Shown here in pieces: positions 12,391-25,904 of a DNA stretch of 64,000 nucleotides. The position numbers and the translations under genes are program-made. Source of the stretch: Antedon mediterranea (taxonomy: Eukaryota > Animalia > Echinodermata). The notes below the pieces were generated by a model that saw only the letters and a list, made by a program, of their open reading frames with translations, made no database searches and was not told where the DNA came from. The DNA is taken from positions 30,696,437-30,760,436 of the forward strand of contig NC_092672.1 in the NCBI RefSeq assembly GCF_964355755.1. The letters run 5' to 3'. The stretch's first letter is position 1, and each line of letters begins with the position of its first letter.

Positions 12391-14662
12391 TCTATATATA
12401 GGGCCTAAATTTACGTAAGGGCAAAATTCGGTAAATCGCGCCTTACTTCTAGAATTTTTACTCGATGGTATGTAAAGTTGGTTCGTACTTTCGGTACTGA
12501 TTTTAACCGCCTGATGTAACCCTGTTTACTAATTAAATTAAGTTAGATAATTAGTTATTGACGATTAAAACGAATTTAGGTTCAACGATTTGCCCCAAAT
12601 AGGGGTGTTTTCCGATCGTGGTATACACTGTCTAATGGATGTCCATCTTAAAAAATACCCGCCACAAAAATGCGAGGAGGCTTCGCATTTTCCTATCTCC
12701 TCCTACGATAATTGTTTTTAATAGCTGAAAACCGGTTGAACAGCTAGAGTACACCATCATAATGTTGAAGACAGGCCAATTTTCTTTAAAAAATACTATT
12801 TTGATAGATTTAATATACGATTATACAAATGTATTGATTTGCGATGAATGTTACATCCCAATCTCTCAGTCTTCCAGAGTTTGATTTAACACAAGTCGGT
12901 AAATTTATGAGCCCTTGGTTTAACACATGCCTGGCAGGCCCGTTCATATCGAACTTAAGGCGAGATAAATTTACTAGATTAACGAGATGATGTCGCCATA
13001 ACTTCGACGTGAACGAATTATTAGGGCGAGATGAAGGAATTTCCTCGACTACGGTCAGTCAAGGCCATCGCCTCGACGGAATAGTAAATCCACTGGTAAA
13101 GCTAGAAAACGATTAAGGTAATTAACACAGCATGAGGCATTCAGAATTGGAGGTCACCAATACACCAATCAGATTAAAGCAAATTTCAACTTTGACATAT
13201 AAACATCAACAAATTAGCTTTATTTCTGAACCACATGTTAACCGAGAGCGACGATCTGTCATATTACTATTTTAAAACTTATTTTAATACATCTGTACCG
13301 CATTCATCATGTCCGAAAAAGTAAAAGCGAAGACAAAAAATTTTACATCTAGGCTTGTATGTAAAAGAAACATGATCTCCCCAAGTTCGCGCTGTTCCTC
13401 GGCATATCGTAGGTATCTGAGCCGTCGTTGTTGTCGCATCATTCGCTGGGATTCCATGCAGCTAGAAACGAACTCAACTAACGCAAACAGCAGCAAAGCA
13501 GTACCTTCTTCTAGTTCAGTGTCGTCATTAATCATTTGTAAAAATATAGGTAAAAACCCCGATAATAATAATAACTGAGGAAACATTGTGTCGACGGATC
13601 GTTAAGCAGTACTCGAAAAAGAAGAAGAAGGTGGTAGAATGGGTGCGTATACACACAAGGAATAGCCCACAATAAAGTGCCCTAACCTGTTCAACTGTAC
13701 TTCCTATTCGTGTCGGCGGGGTCGCGAGCACGTGATGCTTAAGTTATCTCGCCCTAACATGAGCCGTCGAACGCAATTTAATTAATTTAATCGAATTACC
13801 GCTCTCGTAAAATTTAACTAGATCAGTACTATCTCGCCCTAAGTAGACATAGTTCCATGTCAACCCCACTATGATGAACCCAACTACGGTAGGTAAATAT
13901 ATGGGCCCTTTGAGAATAAACTTGCAATACTTTGACAATACTGTAAATATCTATTAACTATTTGGTTCTCATTTGAATCGAACATTTCTTACTGTGAATG
14001 TTCGTCCTGTTAGATAATAATAAACTGTACTGACATTGTGGATAGGCTCTACTGTTAGATATATAAACACATTATTATATACAAATAAACTTTATACTGA
14101 CAGTTCCTTCTCAACGTTTGTATTAATTAATAATTACCAAAAATATAAACGTCGTAGTGGTGTATCGTGGTATGTACTTTAATATTTCAATCGATTATGA
14201 CAGTGACAGTTTTAACAAAGTATTAAATCGCAAATGTTTTACTGTATTTAGAGGTATATTATGTATAGGCTTATAAAACATGAACAAAATATTTCGTTAC
14301 TGAGTGGATAAAGAATATATTTAAAAATTGTTCCTCTTTGTACCTATCCGCTTTCCCATCCCTCAACCCTAATGTTACATACAAAACACAAATTGGGTTT
14401 CTTTAAATGAGTCCAAATAAAATATGTGGACTCATTTTGTGATAAGTTTCTCCTTCGGAAGTAATTCCCAGGGTGCTAATTTTAGTTGACTACATAAATC
14501 ATCGTGTCTATTTATTCGTTTCTGTAAACGACAATGTATTATAGTCCTGCGGTACGTACATTTGAATACGCCAGTTTTGCTACGCTGAAATTACTGTATA
14601 TTCGAGAACCATCTGTGGGCACGACCTAGATGGTACGCGAGCGAAGCGAGCGTACCATCTAG
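12391..14662 (+). mobile_element. Non-autonomous Helitron, copy 1
   Basis: A|TCTATATATA...CTAG|T termini, no TSD, and a 13-bp-stem terminal hairpin at 14626-14662. Homologous to 60029-61865 and 61866-63188. Confidence 0.9.
12935..13888. mobile_element. Insert within Helitron copy 1, probable Harbinger-type deletion derivative
   Basis: Absent from Helitron copy 3 (compare 62350-62400). Subterminal AGGGCGAGAT x2 at the left and ATCTCGCCCT x2 at the right. Contains two convergent short ORFs (13309+ and 13586-). Confidence 0.55.
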
Positions 14663-16241
14663 TTAAAACAATTTAAAGTATCGGTTATTGCATAACATTA
14701 CTGTCTAAGGATAAGTTGTGTAGATATGTTTTTTGTTTGAAACATTAGTAATAGTATTTTTGTTCATCTTTTAACCACATTTTCTATTACAATGAATGTA
14801 AATATGTATATTTCGAACAATTTGATACCAAATTTAAGTTTCTACGACCTGTACTTACAGAGATATGAAGATGCCCTGGTATGTGGGTCAAATGCCATTT
14901 CTGACCATTTTTGACTAAAATGCCCCATTAGATGGAATATAAATGCATCCTTTCTGAACATTTTGAGACCAAAATTGACTTGCTGCGACCAGTGGTTAGC
15001 GAGATACAAGTACCTTTTTTTTATTTGTTCAAATAACCCTTGACCTTGACCCTTTGACCTTTTGTAACATTTTTCAAAATATGTAACAAATAACAAAATA
15101 TATATTTCGAACAATTTAAAACCAAATTAAAGTGTCTACGACCAGTAGTTATGGGGATACATACATGCCCTGGGTTGTGGGTCAAAGGTCAGAAATGGCA
15201 TTTCCGGTCATTTTTTACTAAAATGTCCCATTAGACTGAATATAAATGTATACCTTCTGATTAATTTAAGACTAAAATTACCTCGTTGTGACCAGTGGTT
15301 GTTGAGATTTAAGGACATATTTATGTTTGGTCTTATGACCTTTCACCTTGACCTTTTGACCTTTCGCCACATTTTCAAAATGTGTAACCAAGCCAAATAT
15401 GATTGTTTGACCACCCTAAACCAATTTCTGAAGTCAAATTCTCTGGACTTCAAAGTGCATACGAAAGTTGATCTAGCTACTAGAGTATTGATGTTACGCT
15501 AGGCCTAGGCAGCCAAGCACCAAGCTAGCTACGCGTACCTCCTGCACTTCGCTCAAATTTACCGCAGTCATATTTTGGATGGCGCACTTAGTATTTCGTT
15601 GCCATGCGAAATAAATTTTTACTGGCTTACGAAAAACGAATAATTGTGCGTGACATATCCGTTTTCGTTATCGTTATCGTATTCGTAAGATTGCGAAACC
15701 TCCCTAATAACACAAGTAATATTGCACCAAAGCTAATCCGCATAGGCAATATACCAATTTTTTAAGAACTACATCCGGTTCAACCCCCTAATCTTCGACC
15801 GCTTCTCAAGCTGAATGGCGATAGCCAAGTTGAAGGTATTACAAGAAGAAGAATAGAACTTGTAAGTAAGCTTAATTCCACATAGGGACTGGCTATACGT
15901 ACAGTGACGGTACGTACCGCGACAGGCAAACAATAGAGCATTTATATTTAGGATTAGCTTTATTTATTATTATTTAGGACGAGTTTTACTATTTAGAGCG
16001 AGTTTTACTATTTAGGACTTTGTACGTCAAGCGGCGGCCAACTTCGGTCCATATAACAAAGGTCTACAAGATTGAATGTTATTCTAATTCCTTCAAGACA
16101 TAATTCAACCCCTGTTATATTTCTTATTGGGTTGATTTAATTTAAGTTTACTAAGAATACACTGTTTGTATGCTTTTATGAAGCACCATTCTCAGTACTG
16201 TCTCCACATACAACAATATTTGCCCAGTATGATAAGATGTA

Positions 16242-18990
16242 TTTTTTTATTTTATTTTATTTCGTTTTCTTTCAGTAGGGTAGCCCTCTCAGTAATAAAA
16301 TAAACTGCTCTTCCGAGGGGCCCTACGGCACATTTAAACAAAATTTGAAAACAACTTAAACTAAACTTAAACTAAAACTTAAACTAAAACTAAACTTCAA
16401 TGCATGTTCTCATTATTATTATAACTTTTATACCATATTTAAATATATTTCACTGGAACCATCCTAGACCACCGGCAACAATAAATGAATCTTAAGAAGT
16501 GATTTAAAACGGTTATAATTGTTTTGTTTTCTTAATTCATAAGGTAGGCCATTCCAGAGTGAACTTCCATAATAAACAAAACTACGTTTGTATATTTCGA
16601 GGTTACATCTGGGCAAATACAACAGATTATTTTCATAGTTTCTGGTTTGAATATTGTGTACACTACTAAAATATTGCAAAACATCACATAAGTATGAAGG
16701 TACAGATTCTTGTAAACATCTAAATATTGTACAAATTGTATGATATTCAATTCTTGTCTTAATTGTTAGCCAACCTAAATCATAATGCATTTGTCTAACA
16801 GGAGTTCGAATATCAGCACCTAGTATTAATCGTGCAGCTCTATTTTGTACCCTTTGCAATTTTAAAATATGGGCGTTTTAACCAGTACCCCAGACTGTTG
16901 AACAATAGTCAATATGTGATAAAAATAGAGCATTGTATAATCTTTTAATAATTTTAGGAGATGTAAAACTTTTCAATCTATAAAATAGATATATAATTTT
17001 TGATAGTTTTGCACATATAGAATCAATATATACTTTCCATGAGAGTTGTTCATCAAATGTAAGTCCCAAATATTTAAACGTTTCAACTTTCTCAATCGGA
17101 ATGTTATCAAAAATTACTGTTTCATCTGTTGTTTTATTAACACGTGCATGAGTACCAAAAAGCATGTATTTGGTTTTATCAATGTTTAGAGTTAATTTAT
17201 GTTTATCTAACCATTGTTTTACATTTTCCAACTGTTCAGTTAAAACTGTTGTAAGCTCTTCATTTGATTTACATGCATAAAAAAGCGCAGTGTCGTCTGC
17301 ATAGAGGACGGTTTTACAAATCCCATCAACACTATCATGTAAGTCATTTATGTATAAAATAAACAACAAAGGGCCAAGAATTAAGCCTTGTGGTACCCCA
17401 TAGTTGACATTTAAAATTTCAGATTTTTTTCCATTAAAATTAACAAATTGTTTGCGATTTTTTAAATAATTACTGAACCATGCAAGCTCAGTGTTTATCA
17501 TTCCAAAGGTGCATAATTTACGTAATAAAATATCGTGGTCTACCGTATCAAACGCCTTTTTTAGGTCAAGAAAAATTGCTCCAGTTACCAAGCCATTATC
17601 AATATTTTTATATATATAATTGCATACATCTATCAGTGTAGTAGAAGTTGAATGTAACGACCTAAAACCAGATTGATTTTTACATAATAAATTAAACTCA
17701 TTTATATGATTCATAACTTGATTATGGATGCATCTTTCAAAAACTTTCATAACAATAGGTATAACAGATATTGGACGGTAGTTGTTAAGTTCATGTTTAC
17801 ATCCTCCTTTATAAAGCGGAGTAACCTTAGCACATTTCCATTCACTTGGAATAACACCAGTTCTTAATGACCAGTTAAACAAAAAGGCAAGACTTTGAGA
17901 AATTTGTGAAGATGCAATTTTAAGTAACCTAGCGGAAATCCCATCAATTCCAGTAGCTTTTCCAATTTCTAACTTTTCCAACAAAGCTTCAATTTCATTT
18001 CCATTAATATCTTTAAAGTTGAAACGTTGTTGAAATTGTGATAACGATTCAACGGTAATATCGTTTTGGTTGTCATTAAAATGGGATGCAAGTTCATTAG
18101 AAATTGAACAAAAATATTTATTAAAATGATTAGCAATATCAGTTGGATTGTTTATTTCATTACCGTTTACATTGAGAGTTGTTTTAGTTTGTTTCTTTTT
18201 ATTGGGTAAAAAGTCTTTTATGGTTTTCCATAATGTTTTAGTGTCATTAACATTATCCTTTAATGTATTATTTATATAGTCGCGTTTTAGTGATTTAGAC
18301 AAATTATTTAATTTATTTCTTGCCTTTTTGTAAGAATTCCAATCATCTATGTTCTTAGTTTTTTCGGCTTTTTGTTTTAAATAATCACGGTTACGAGAAA
18401 GGGAAACAAATTCGTCTGTAAGCCATGGAATATCAGTTCCCTTCCTCCTGACCGTCACCATAGGAGCATGAATATCACAAATATCAGTAAAAATGTGTTT
18501 CCAAATGTCCCAAGCCTCGTCAGCATCCTCGGACGCCTCACAAATACTCCACGGAGCAGATGCAAGATCAGAAATAAACAAATCTTCGTTAAATTTCCGG
18601 AAGGTTCTCGTATGTAAAATACGCGGGGGCAATTTTATTTTAATTTTTTTACGTATTGCATATATCAATGAGTGATCGCTAATTCCAATTGGTACAACTC
18701 CAGTTTTGCTTATAAAGTCATCCCTATTTGAAAAAATTAAATCAATACAACTACTACTGTTTTCCGTTACGCGCGTTGGAGTTTAATATACTGGTTTAAT
18801 TGGAAAATTTGGTGGAGGGTTTTAATGTTCCGAGAATGCTGTTTATCAAATATATTCCAATTTAAGTCACCAACAACAATAATCTCTCTTATACTATCTA
18901 GTATAAAAGATATTTGATCATGCATTATATCAACAAATCCAGTACACAAATTTGGTGGTCTATAAACATTACCTATAACGAACGGTTTGT
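16242..18990 (-). mobile_element. 5'-truncated CR1/L2-group LINE
   Basis: Partial AP endonuclease (VYRPPN, GDLN, CIDLIF, SDHS), then reverse transcriptase, a 3' UTR and an A-rich tail at ~16242-16270. Confidence 0.93.
16464..18990 (-). pseudogene. LINE ORF2 (APE-RT), frameshifted
   Basis: RT motifs KATGIDGI, NYRPIS, QSGFR, FLDLKKAFDTVDH, GVPQGLILGP, YADD and KYLG in ORF 16878-18668. The C-terminus continues in another frame (16464-16859). Frameshifts lie near 18775 and 16880. Confidence 0.92.
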
Positions 18991-19040
18991 ATGTATCGTG
19001 TAAGGTTTGGTTAAGGGTAAGATTATGGTCTATGACACTA

Positions 19041-19230
19041 GGTGGTACATGTCAAACACTTGTGATGCTCTATTCCTGGATACTGAAGGAATATACAGTA
19101 CCGAGCGTGAGTCGCCGATGAAGGGTGAAGTTTTATTCAATTAGTAAGCCTATACACAAGTATTATTAGAGTAAACGTTTTAGTTATCCGCACTCGGCGG
19201 ATAACTCCTTGTTTTTTGTTTTTTATTTAA
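19041..19230 (+). repeat. Dispersed repeat copy 2 (matches 6801-6990)
   Basis: Direct sequence match including the hairpin and CCTTGTTTTTT. Confidence 0.6.
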
Positions 19231-19384
19231 TACTTCTATAACAAGACAATACATAAATGTCATTTCAAAATTAACATAAAAACCCCTTCCCCCAAATTAC
19301 AAAATGTATAATAAATCAAACAAATAAAACCACTCTGTCAATTCAAATTTAATATGATTACTAATCAAGATTTAAGAAGTTCCA

Positions 19385-19861
19385 TTTTTAGTCGAGTGGA
19401 CGCGACTCTATAGTTCACTATGTCGGTCGGTCGGTCGGTCGGTCTGGTATCACTATGCGTCTTATCGCTTTCTGACCTTATCTTGATATCAGTTTAATTT
19501 AGCTAAGTCAATTTTTCACAGTATATTCCCTTATGGCCAGGAATCGATGTGGTTACGTTTTCACGGTGCGCAATAAAAAATTACGCGGTGTACGCACGAT
19601 TTAACGAAATCACGTTTGTAATCATATCTTCACAACCATGAATCATTTCTGTTTTCTTGACTTACTTTTCAACTCGAAATTATGTTATACGAGCACGTCA
19701 AAAGTGACAGGCTACGCACGTGTAAATTAAAAAAATATAAATGTTTTTAAACATTTCAACATTTTTAAACATGTTCAGTAATTTTGGTCAGTTGGTAGGT
19801 TGGTCGGTCGGTCGGTAAACACTAATGAGCACGCGACTGCAGCCATCTATATGGCCTTGTT
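19385..19861 (+). mobile_element. Helentron-associated non-autonomous element (HINE/DINE-1-like), copy A
   Basis: 5' T-run, subTIR and short inverted repeat (AGTCGAGTGGACGCGACT), then a (GTCG)n microsatellite. The 3' end has subTIR CACGCGACT, hairpin GCCATCTATATGGC and CTTGTT. Confidence 0.75.
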
Positions 19862-20570
19862 GTTCCACGAGTCAATCTTATTGTTCTTAAAAGCAATAGG
19901 TTGTTCAATACATTTTTCGAATTTTAGAACATTTTTGAAGTTTACAATACTTCGAATCACCTTACGGCTTCTACAAGAATAAATAAAATATTTTGAATGG
20001 AGTATAGTAGGATTTATGGCAACATTACTTACGCGTGATTTTACGAATTTCAATGATTGATCATAACTTAAAAACAAAAGTCATTTTGTATTGACACTTT
20101 TTTTAAATTTAATTCATTTCAAGGGTCAACTTTATGTGAATTAAAAATGTCATGTTTCACAAAATGTTTTTTTTCTCTTTTGTGGCGCAAACACCACTTT
20201 TATTCACATTCATATTATCTAATGTCATTACATAAAAACATATTATTTAACACATTTTTGTTAATTCTAAATGTCGTTACAATGAATTAGTAACATGTTT
20301 ACATTTATTAATTTCCGTATAACCTCCTTTGTTCATTATTTTTCTTATATTTTTCTATACACTTAACAATGGTCATCATTATCATCTATCTTGTTTTAAA
20401 ATATTTTACATAAAGAATTCGTGAGTTTTTCATTTTCATTTGTTTCTATTTATTTTACAACTCGGATTATACAATGTATGTATATACAAGATAAAACGAA
20501 ATAAAAAAACATAGTAGATCAGTACCACCTGTAACTCGTATCACAATATTTCCTTTTCTGATAATCAAAT

Positions 20571-21267
20571 CAGACTGACATAGTGAACTATACTGACCGA
20601 AATTACTGAACATGTTCAAAAATGTTGAAATGTTTAAAAACATTTATATTTTTTTAATTTACACGTGCGTAGCCTGTCACTTTCGACGTGCTCGTATAAC
20701 GTAATTTCGAGTTGAAAAGTAAGAAAACAGAAATCGGGCAAAAAGAGTGCGCAATAACATTTAACGCGCAGTGCGCGCGCAAAAATATGCGCACTCATGG
20801 CAATTTTGTAAACGCTTAAAATTGCCTGAAATGTACTCTTATTTAATCGAAAATAAATTTTGAAAATGTTAAGCGCGCGTACGCATGCGTTACATGCGCT
20901 ACGCACGTAATTGTATTGGCATATGATAATTTATGCCCTGAAATTTATGAGTACCAAATTTTATTTAATTGTGATTCATGGTTGTGAAGATATGATTACA
21001 AATGTGATTTCGTTAAATCGTGCGTAGACCGCGTAATTTTTTTTTTTTTTATTGCGCACCGTGAAAACATAACCACATTGATTCCTGGCCATAAGGAATA
21101 TACTGTGAAAAATTGACCTAGCTAGATTAAACTGATATCAAGATAAGGTCAGAAAGCGATAAAACGCATAGTGATACCGGACCGACAGACAGACAGACAG
21201 ACCGACAGACAGACCGACCAACCGACCGACATAGTGAACTATAGAGTCGCTTCCACGCGACTAAAAA
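20571..21267 (-). mobile_element. HINE/DINE-1-like element, copy B (inverted, lacks 3' hairpin)
   Basis: Reverse complement of copy A with a (GACA/GACC)n microsatellite and an extra internal segment at ~20735-20965. Confidence 0.75.
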
Positions 21268-23534
21268 CTGAATAAATGTTTATACATACATTATAAATGA
21301 AATAAAATAACTACTATTTTAGTAATGCATACACAAGTACAGAATATCAGAAATCAATGAATTATGTGTCTAAATATGGCATTATTAGGCTAATTTGCTT
21401 TGAGAAAAACATTAATGCCATTGGCCTATACAAAAAATCAATGCAATTAGACAAAATAGTTACATAAACAATTAATACTAATATTGGTAGGCATAAAATA
21501 ATAGTGTATATAAACTTTCCTTAAATATAAACAGTATAGGGCCTTACCAATTTATTTAATACATAATATATGAACTATATTACACAAAAGAAATATAAAT
21601 GAATTTATAAGGACATGATTATCAATATAATTTAATATTATGTTCATATTATTATATTATATCATAGAGATTTTCAAAAACATAGTTTGGTAACATTTAG
21701 TTTCTGTTTCAGACCTTTAATATTTGGAAATAACCTATAATAATTATAAAACATTCTTGTTTTCAATGCCATTATGCGGTTAAAAACAAGTACAGCAGCA
21801 TGCATATGTAGATACAGTACACCTATATATTGTGAGAACATAATTTCAATAATTTCTTTGTTAGTTATCAACCTAGGGGTTAAATTATTAGGAAAACATT
21901 GGTTTATTTTTTATATGTGTACAGAAATTCGTTCTTCTAGCCTCAGATCATTCCTGAAGTTAGACATAAATCACATAAATTAGTATTAAGTAATGGATAT
22001 TAGATGAAGTACAATACAAATACATGTTTCAGGAGGATACTTTATGTTAAAGGTGATAATTAGTTTAAATGTTACCCCAATGAAATTTATTCAATTACCA
22101 GGTTGAAGTAGTCTGGTGGAAACACTACTATATGTACTCATGTAGAACACAGTCAGTTCTACCAAGGTTAGAGGTGGGTGCCAACATTTGAGATAAGTGG
22201 AAACATGACTTTTTCAATAGTAAATTCATTACCAGCATTATAAATAAAATGTTAAAAAGATGAGAATGCAAGTAAATATTAGATTCATAGTCCTCATTAT
22301 GCACAATGGTTTTCTACTATCACATTATTAAAATATAAAACAATCATATAGCCTTTAATGAATTTACATGGAGGTCTATCCAAATAAAGTTAAATAAAAG
22401 GGTCGTAATATGTCTTTGTCTCCAGTTCGTGGAAAATGAACAAAAAATATTCAAAATATCCTGCCAGTTTGCGTTCAGTACAACCTGCTTAGTTTTTAAT
22501 ACGAGTACTGTTTCTATACACATAACTTTGATTTCTGCAAAACAAAACAAAAATCTTTGTAATAATGTACTTTTTAATTACTGTAATAATCTAGGCATAG
22601 ATTATGTTGACCAGGCCAGTGAGAGGACGATCGACTGTACAGTACTACCATAAGTCCTCTAGGTGGATACAACTTATTTCTTGTCTACAAAGTGTACAGT
22701 AGTATGCTAATAGTACTATTATTAGATTAGGTAGTTGGAGTAGTTTGGAGAGATACATCTATTTATAAGAGAGTACTTTTTATTTATAGATATAATACCA
22801 ATATGTACCATGTATTGGGATGTAATTCAACAGTTATCAATAAAAAAAAACTCTGTATGCTTTTATCTGGCTGTGAAATATAAAATTGTTAAATGAAAAA
22901 GAAAATTTAGGGTGATCATCCCAGTATTTACAGTCTAAATTAATTGATCTTTATGCAACAATAGGCATAAACGATTTTTTAATTAACAGGTATAAAAGCA
23001 AATTAAAAGCCCTACGTACTCTATATGTTGGAGGAAATAAGCATAAGTGCAAATAAATCCTTGACCACAGGATGTAATTCCCTATTTGGAATCAGTAGTA
23101 CACGACTGTGTTGGACCATAATGTGGTCCAGGTTGACGGGCCAGGAATGATGGTAGTGCCCAGTATACAGTGTAGTTTAGCCTCAAGGCAATACCATGTA
23201 GCTGGATTAGCTTGGAGAAATACACTAGAGATTTCATGAGATTTGGTGTGTGATGATTCAGTTTGATAATTAGTTGAATTATGAAGAAAATATTGTAAAA
23301 TATAACAAGTAAGTTATACTAGTATAGTATAATTAAGGGGTAACCGTAAAACATATTATAATAATAAATGCAATGGGAATTACTATTACTACTAATATTA
23401 TGTATACAATACAATATTACAGTTAAATTCATAGGTCGATATTATTTTATTATTATAAGGAAATCTGTTTTAGAATGAGAAAAAACCGTCCCAACCTAGA
23501 TTTGAACCCTGCTATCAATAAAGCTATAAAGCTA

Positions 23535-24105
23535 TTGGTACGAGTTGACCAATTATTTGGGTACGAGTTAGCCAAGTTTGGTACGAGTTGACATGGGTAC
23601 GTTACGGGTTGACCAACACCCTAGAATACGGATAAAGATCAACCCGTACCCCCATGCCGACTCGTTCCCATCCCATGGTAGAATACTACTTACATGTTAG
23701 TTTAGCCTAGCTGGGCTAACCTACCTCACCTCTCACATGCCCTCCTGAAAAAACGCGACCGAAATTACTGGAACCCTACCCTAGCCTACTAGACCTAGAT
23801 AGTAGTGATCCGTAGTACCATGGAACTATAATAAATGGTAGACGTACTAGTACTGTGTAGTATATGTTAACATGTCTGGCTCTACTAGGCCTTTTTATGC
23901 TCATAGGATGGCTTTTTTGGGCGTCCCAATGTAGGCCTATGCCTATAGCTAGGACAGATTTTCCATTCCTGCAGGCTTGTAGCCTATGCTCTAGTAGGGC
24001 GGCCTGGTGTACTCTGGTCGATTCACCCCTGGTCGACTCGTACCCATGCCAACTCGTACTTTACTTCCTACCCTAAACTCGTATCCAACCAAATAATTGG
24101 TTGAT
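23535..24105. mobile_element. Degraded Foldback/MULE-like element
   Basis: Tandem GGTACGAGTTGAC units at the left and inverted ACTCGTACC units at the right. TSD not resolved. Confidence 0.55.
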
Positions 24106-25904
24106 TTCCCGCTAGACTAGTAGGCCTAGCCTAGCTACATTATTCATTATGCCCTGCTAAAAAGGTAGATGAGCTACTAGACTAATTACGTAATTCGTAT
24201 AATAATAACAATAATTGACTAGAAGGCCTAAAAGCGGCGGAAAACACCTATCCATTCTTGCATGGCAGTACGAAAACCTGCCTATGGTTGTACATTGTAC
24301 CGTGTGTTAAAAGGTGTCTTATTAACAATGTCTTTAATACGAATAATGCCGCTAGTTTAACGTAGTGGTTTTCCCACAGTTGCTCATTTATTATATCGTT
24401 ATAAGTTTCATGTTTTTTTTAGAGATTCTGTTATAATTTATGTAAGCTTTAATCATATTTTTGTAAAACAGTGGAATGTTATCTGAATTAACATCAATAA
24501 TACTATAACATGACATATTAAGTAAAACAATAACATCACATATTGTTTTAATATAATACATTGGAATACTTTTCTATTTAGCACCATCATCATTCATAAT
24601 TCTTTTTAACCAGCCACACATGAGTGCGCTAACATGAAGAGTAAAAAAGTTTCACACAAAGTTACGCGCGCGCATACGCGCATTTAAAATTTTAAAATGT
24701 GCAAAATATATTTCTAATCAAATTTTTACGCGAAACATAGCGGTGCGCACGTAGCGTTAAAATCAACATTTTTGGCGTGAATTATGTATATCCATCCTTT
24801 TCTAGTAATTTTCAAAATTTGAAACCATTTTGACCTAAAATCATGTCATACGAGCATGTCAAATTACACAATTCTTGCGCGTTTTTTATGAAAAAGTTGA
24901 AAAAATCGTCAAAATTATGTTTTTTCAGTGATAATTTCTAAAATAAACAGTGAAAGTTATTTGTATTACATATTCTGGAAGGCGATGTTGTAGATTTCGG
25001 ATCATGCATCAATATGGCTAACTGAACATTGTGACGTCCTTGTATGGCCACCCGAATATAACATATAGGATTATTGTCTCTTTTTTTTCATCGCTCATCA
25101 CATTTTTTAAAAAGCGCATCTCTGCTTATCTGTACCTCAATTTCAATCAATTATCTTTCGCATGATTTACCATTTTTAAAATTTTGATAACGTGTCATGT
25201 TCAAAAGCGTGAATAACTTGAGTCATTTATTTTCACCATTACAATAAATTTCAATAGCTCCTAAGAATGAAAAGTGAAACTCATGATTAAAACGTTTTCT
25301 GGAAGCTGTTGAATTGCAGATACGAATTTTGCGCATCGGATGTTGTGACGTCATCATATGGCCAGTTGATTTATAAAAGTCGTATTTTTATTTTGCGTCA
25401 CAATTCATAACATTTAAAAGAGCGCGCATCTATATTGTATCACATTTCTTCAACACGTTAATATGTTGTTAATATGTTGTTGCTCAGACAATTTTCATTC
25501 TAAATTGGTATCTTCGTCTTTCATTTTATTTATTTATTTTATTTATTTTATTCAGTTTACAACCAACAGCGATGAAACCGCCACTAACAGGTTTAATCAT
25601 CATATTGATGACGTCATTAAAATTAAAAACATTATAATTAAAGGCGGGTCCCATATTTTCAATTATTCTACACTGTATGTAGTATGTACACAATATATAG
25701 TGTATACTGTAGGTCTATACTTGGATACAAAATAGAGAGCACACCTCAGTTTATAATGGCTGAATCTTTGTTCTGTGAGCAATATTCTAACGTATGACGT
25801 GCACACGCGACGTAGGGCATTTGTCGTACGGATAACTAACTCGTTAAAGTGTTGAGTTCATGTCTAGTTTGTTATTAAGTTGTAAAGTCGAGGTACTTAT
25901 AAGG

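Larger units (their letters stand above)
10245..15485. mobile_element. Long-TIR (Foldback-type) non-autonomous element with TA TSD
   Basis: About 800-bp inverted arms (10245-~11075 and ~14670-15485) beginning CTCTAGTAGCTAGATCAAC, flanked by TA on both sides. The arms contain internal subrepeats. Confidence 0.85.
9106..15705. mobile_element. Non-autonomous PIF/Harbinger-superfamily-like element hosting nested insertions
   Basis: TIR AGGGAGGTTTCGCAA...TTGCGAAACCTCCCT, with inverted similarity continuing to ...AACGAAAACGGATA(C/T)GTCAC. 3-bp TSD AAT (9103-9105, 15706-15708). Confidence 0.75.

Noticed and set aside
6801-19230. LTR pair or giant duplication formed by the 190-bp direct repeats at 6801 and 19041
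   Set aside because: There are no TG...CA ends, PBS, TSD or LTR-type coding sequence between them. They are better explained as two dispersed repeat fragments.
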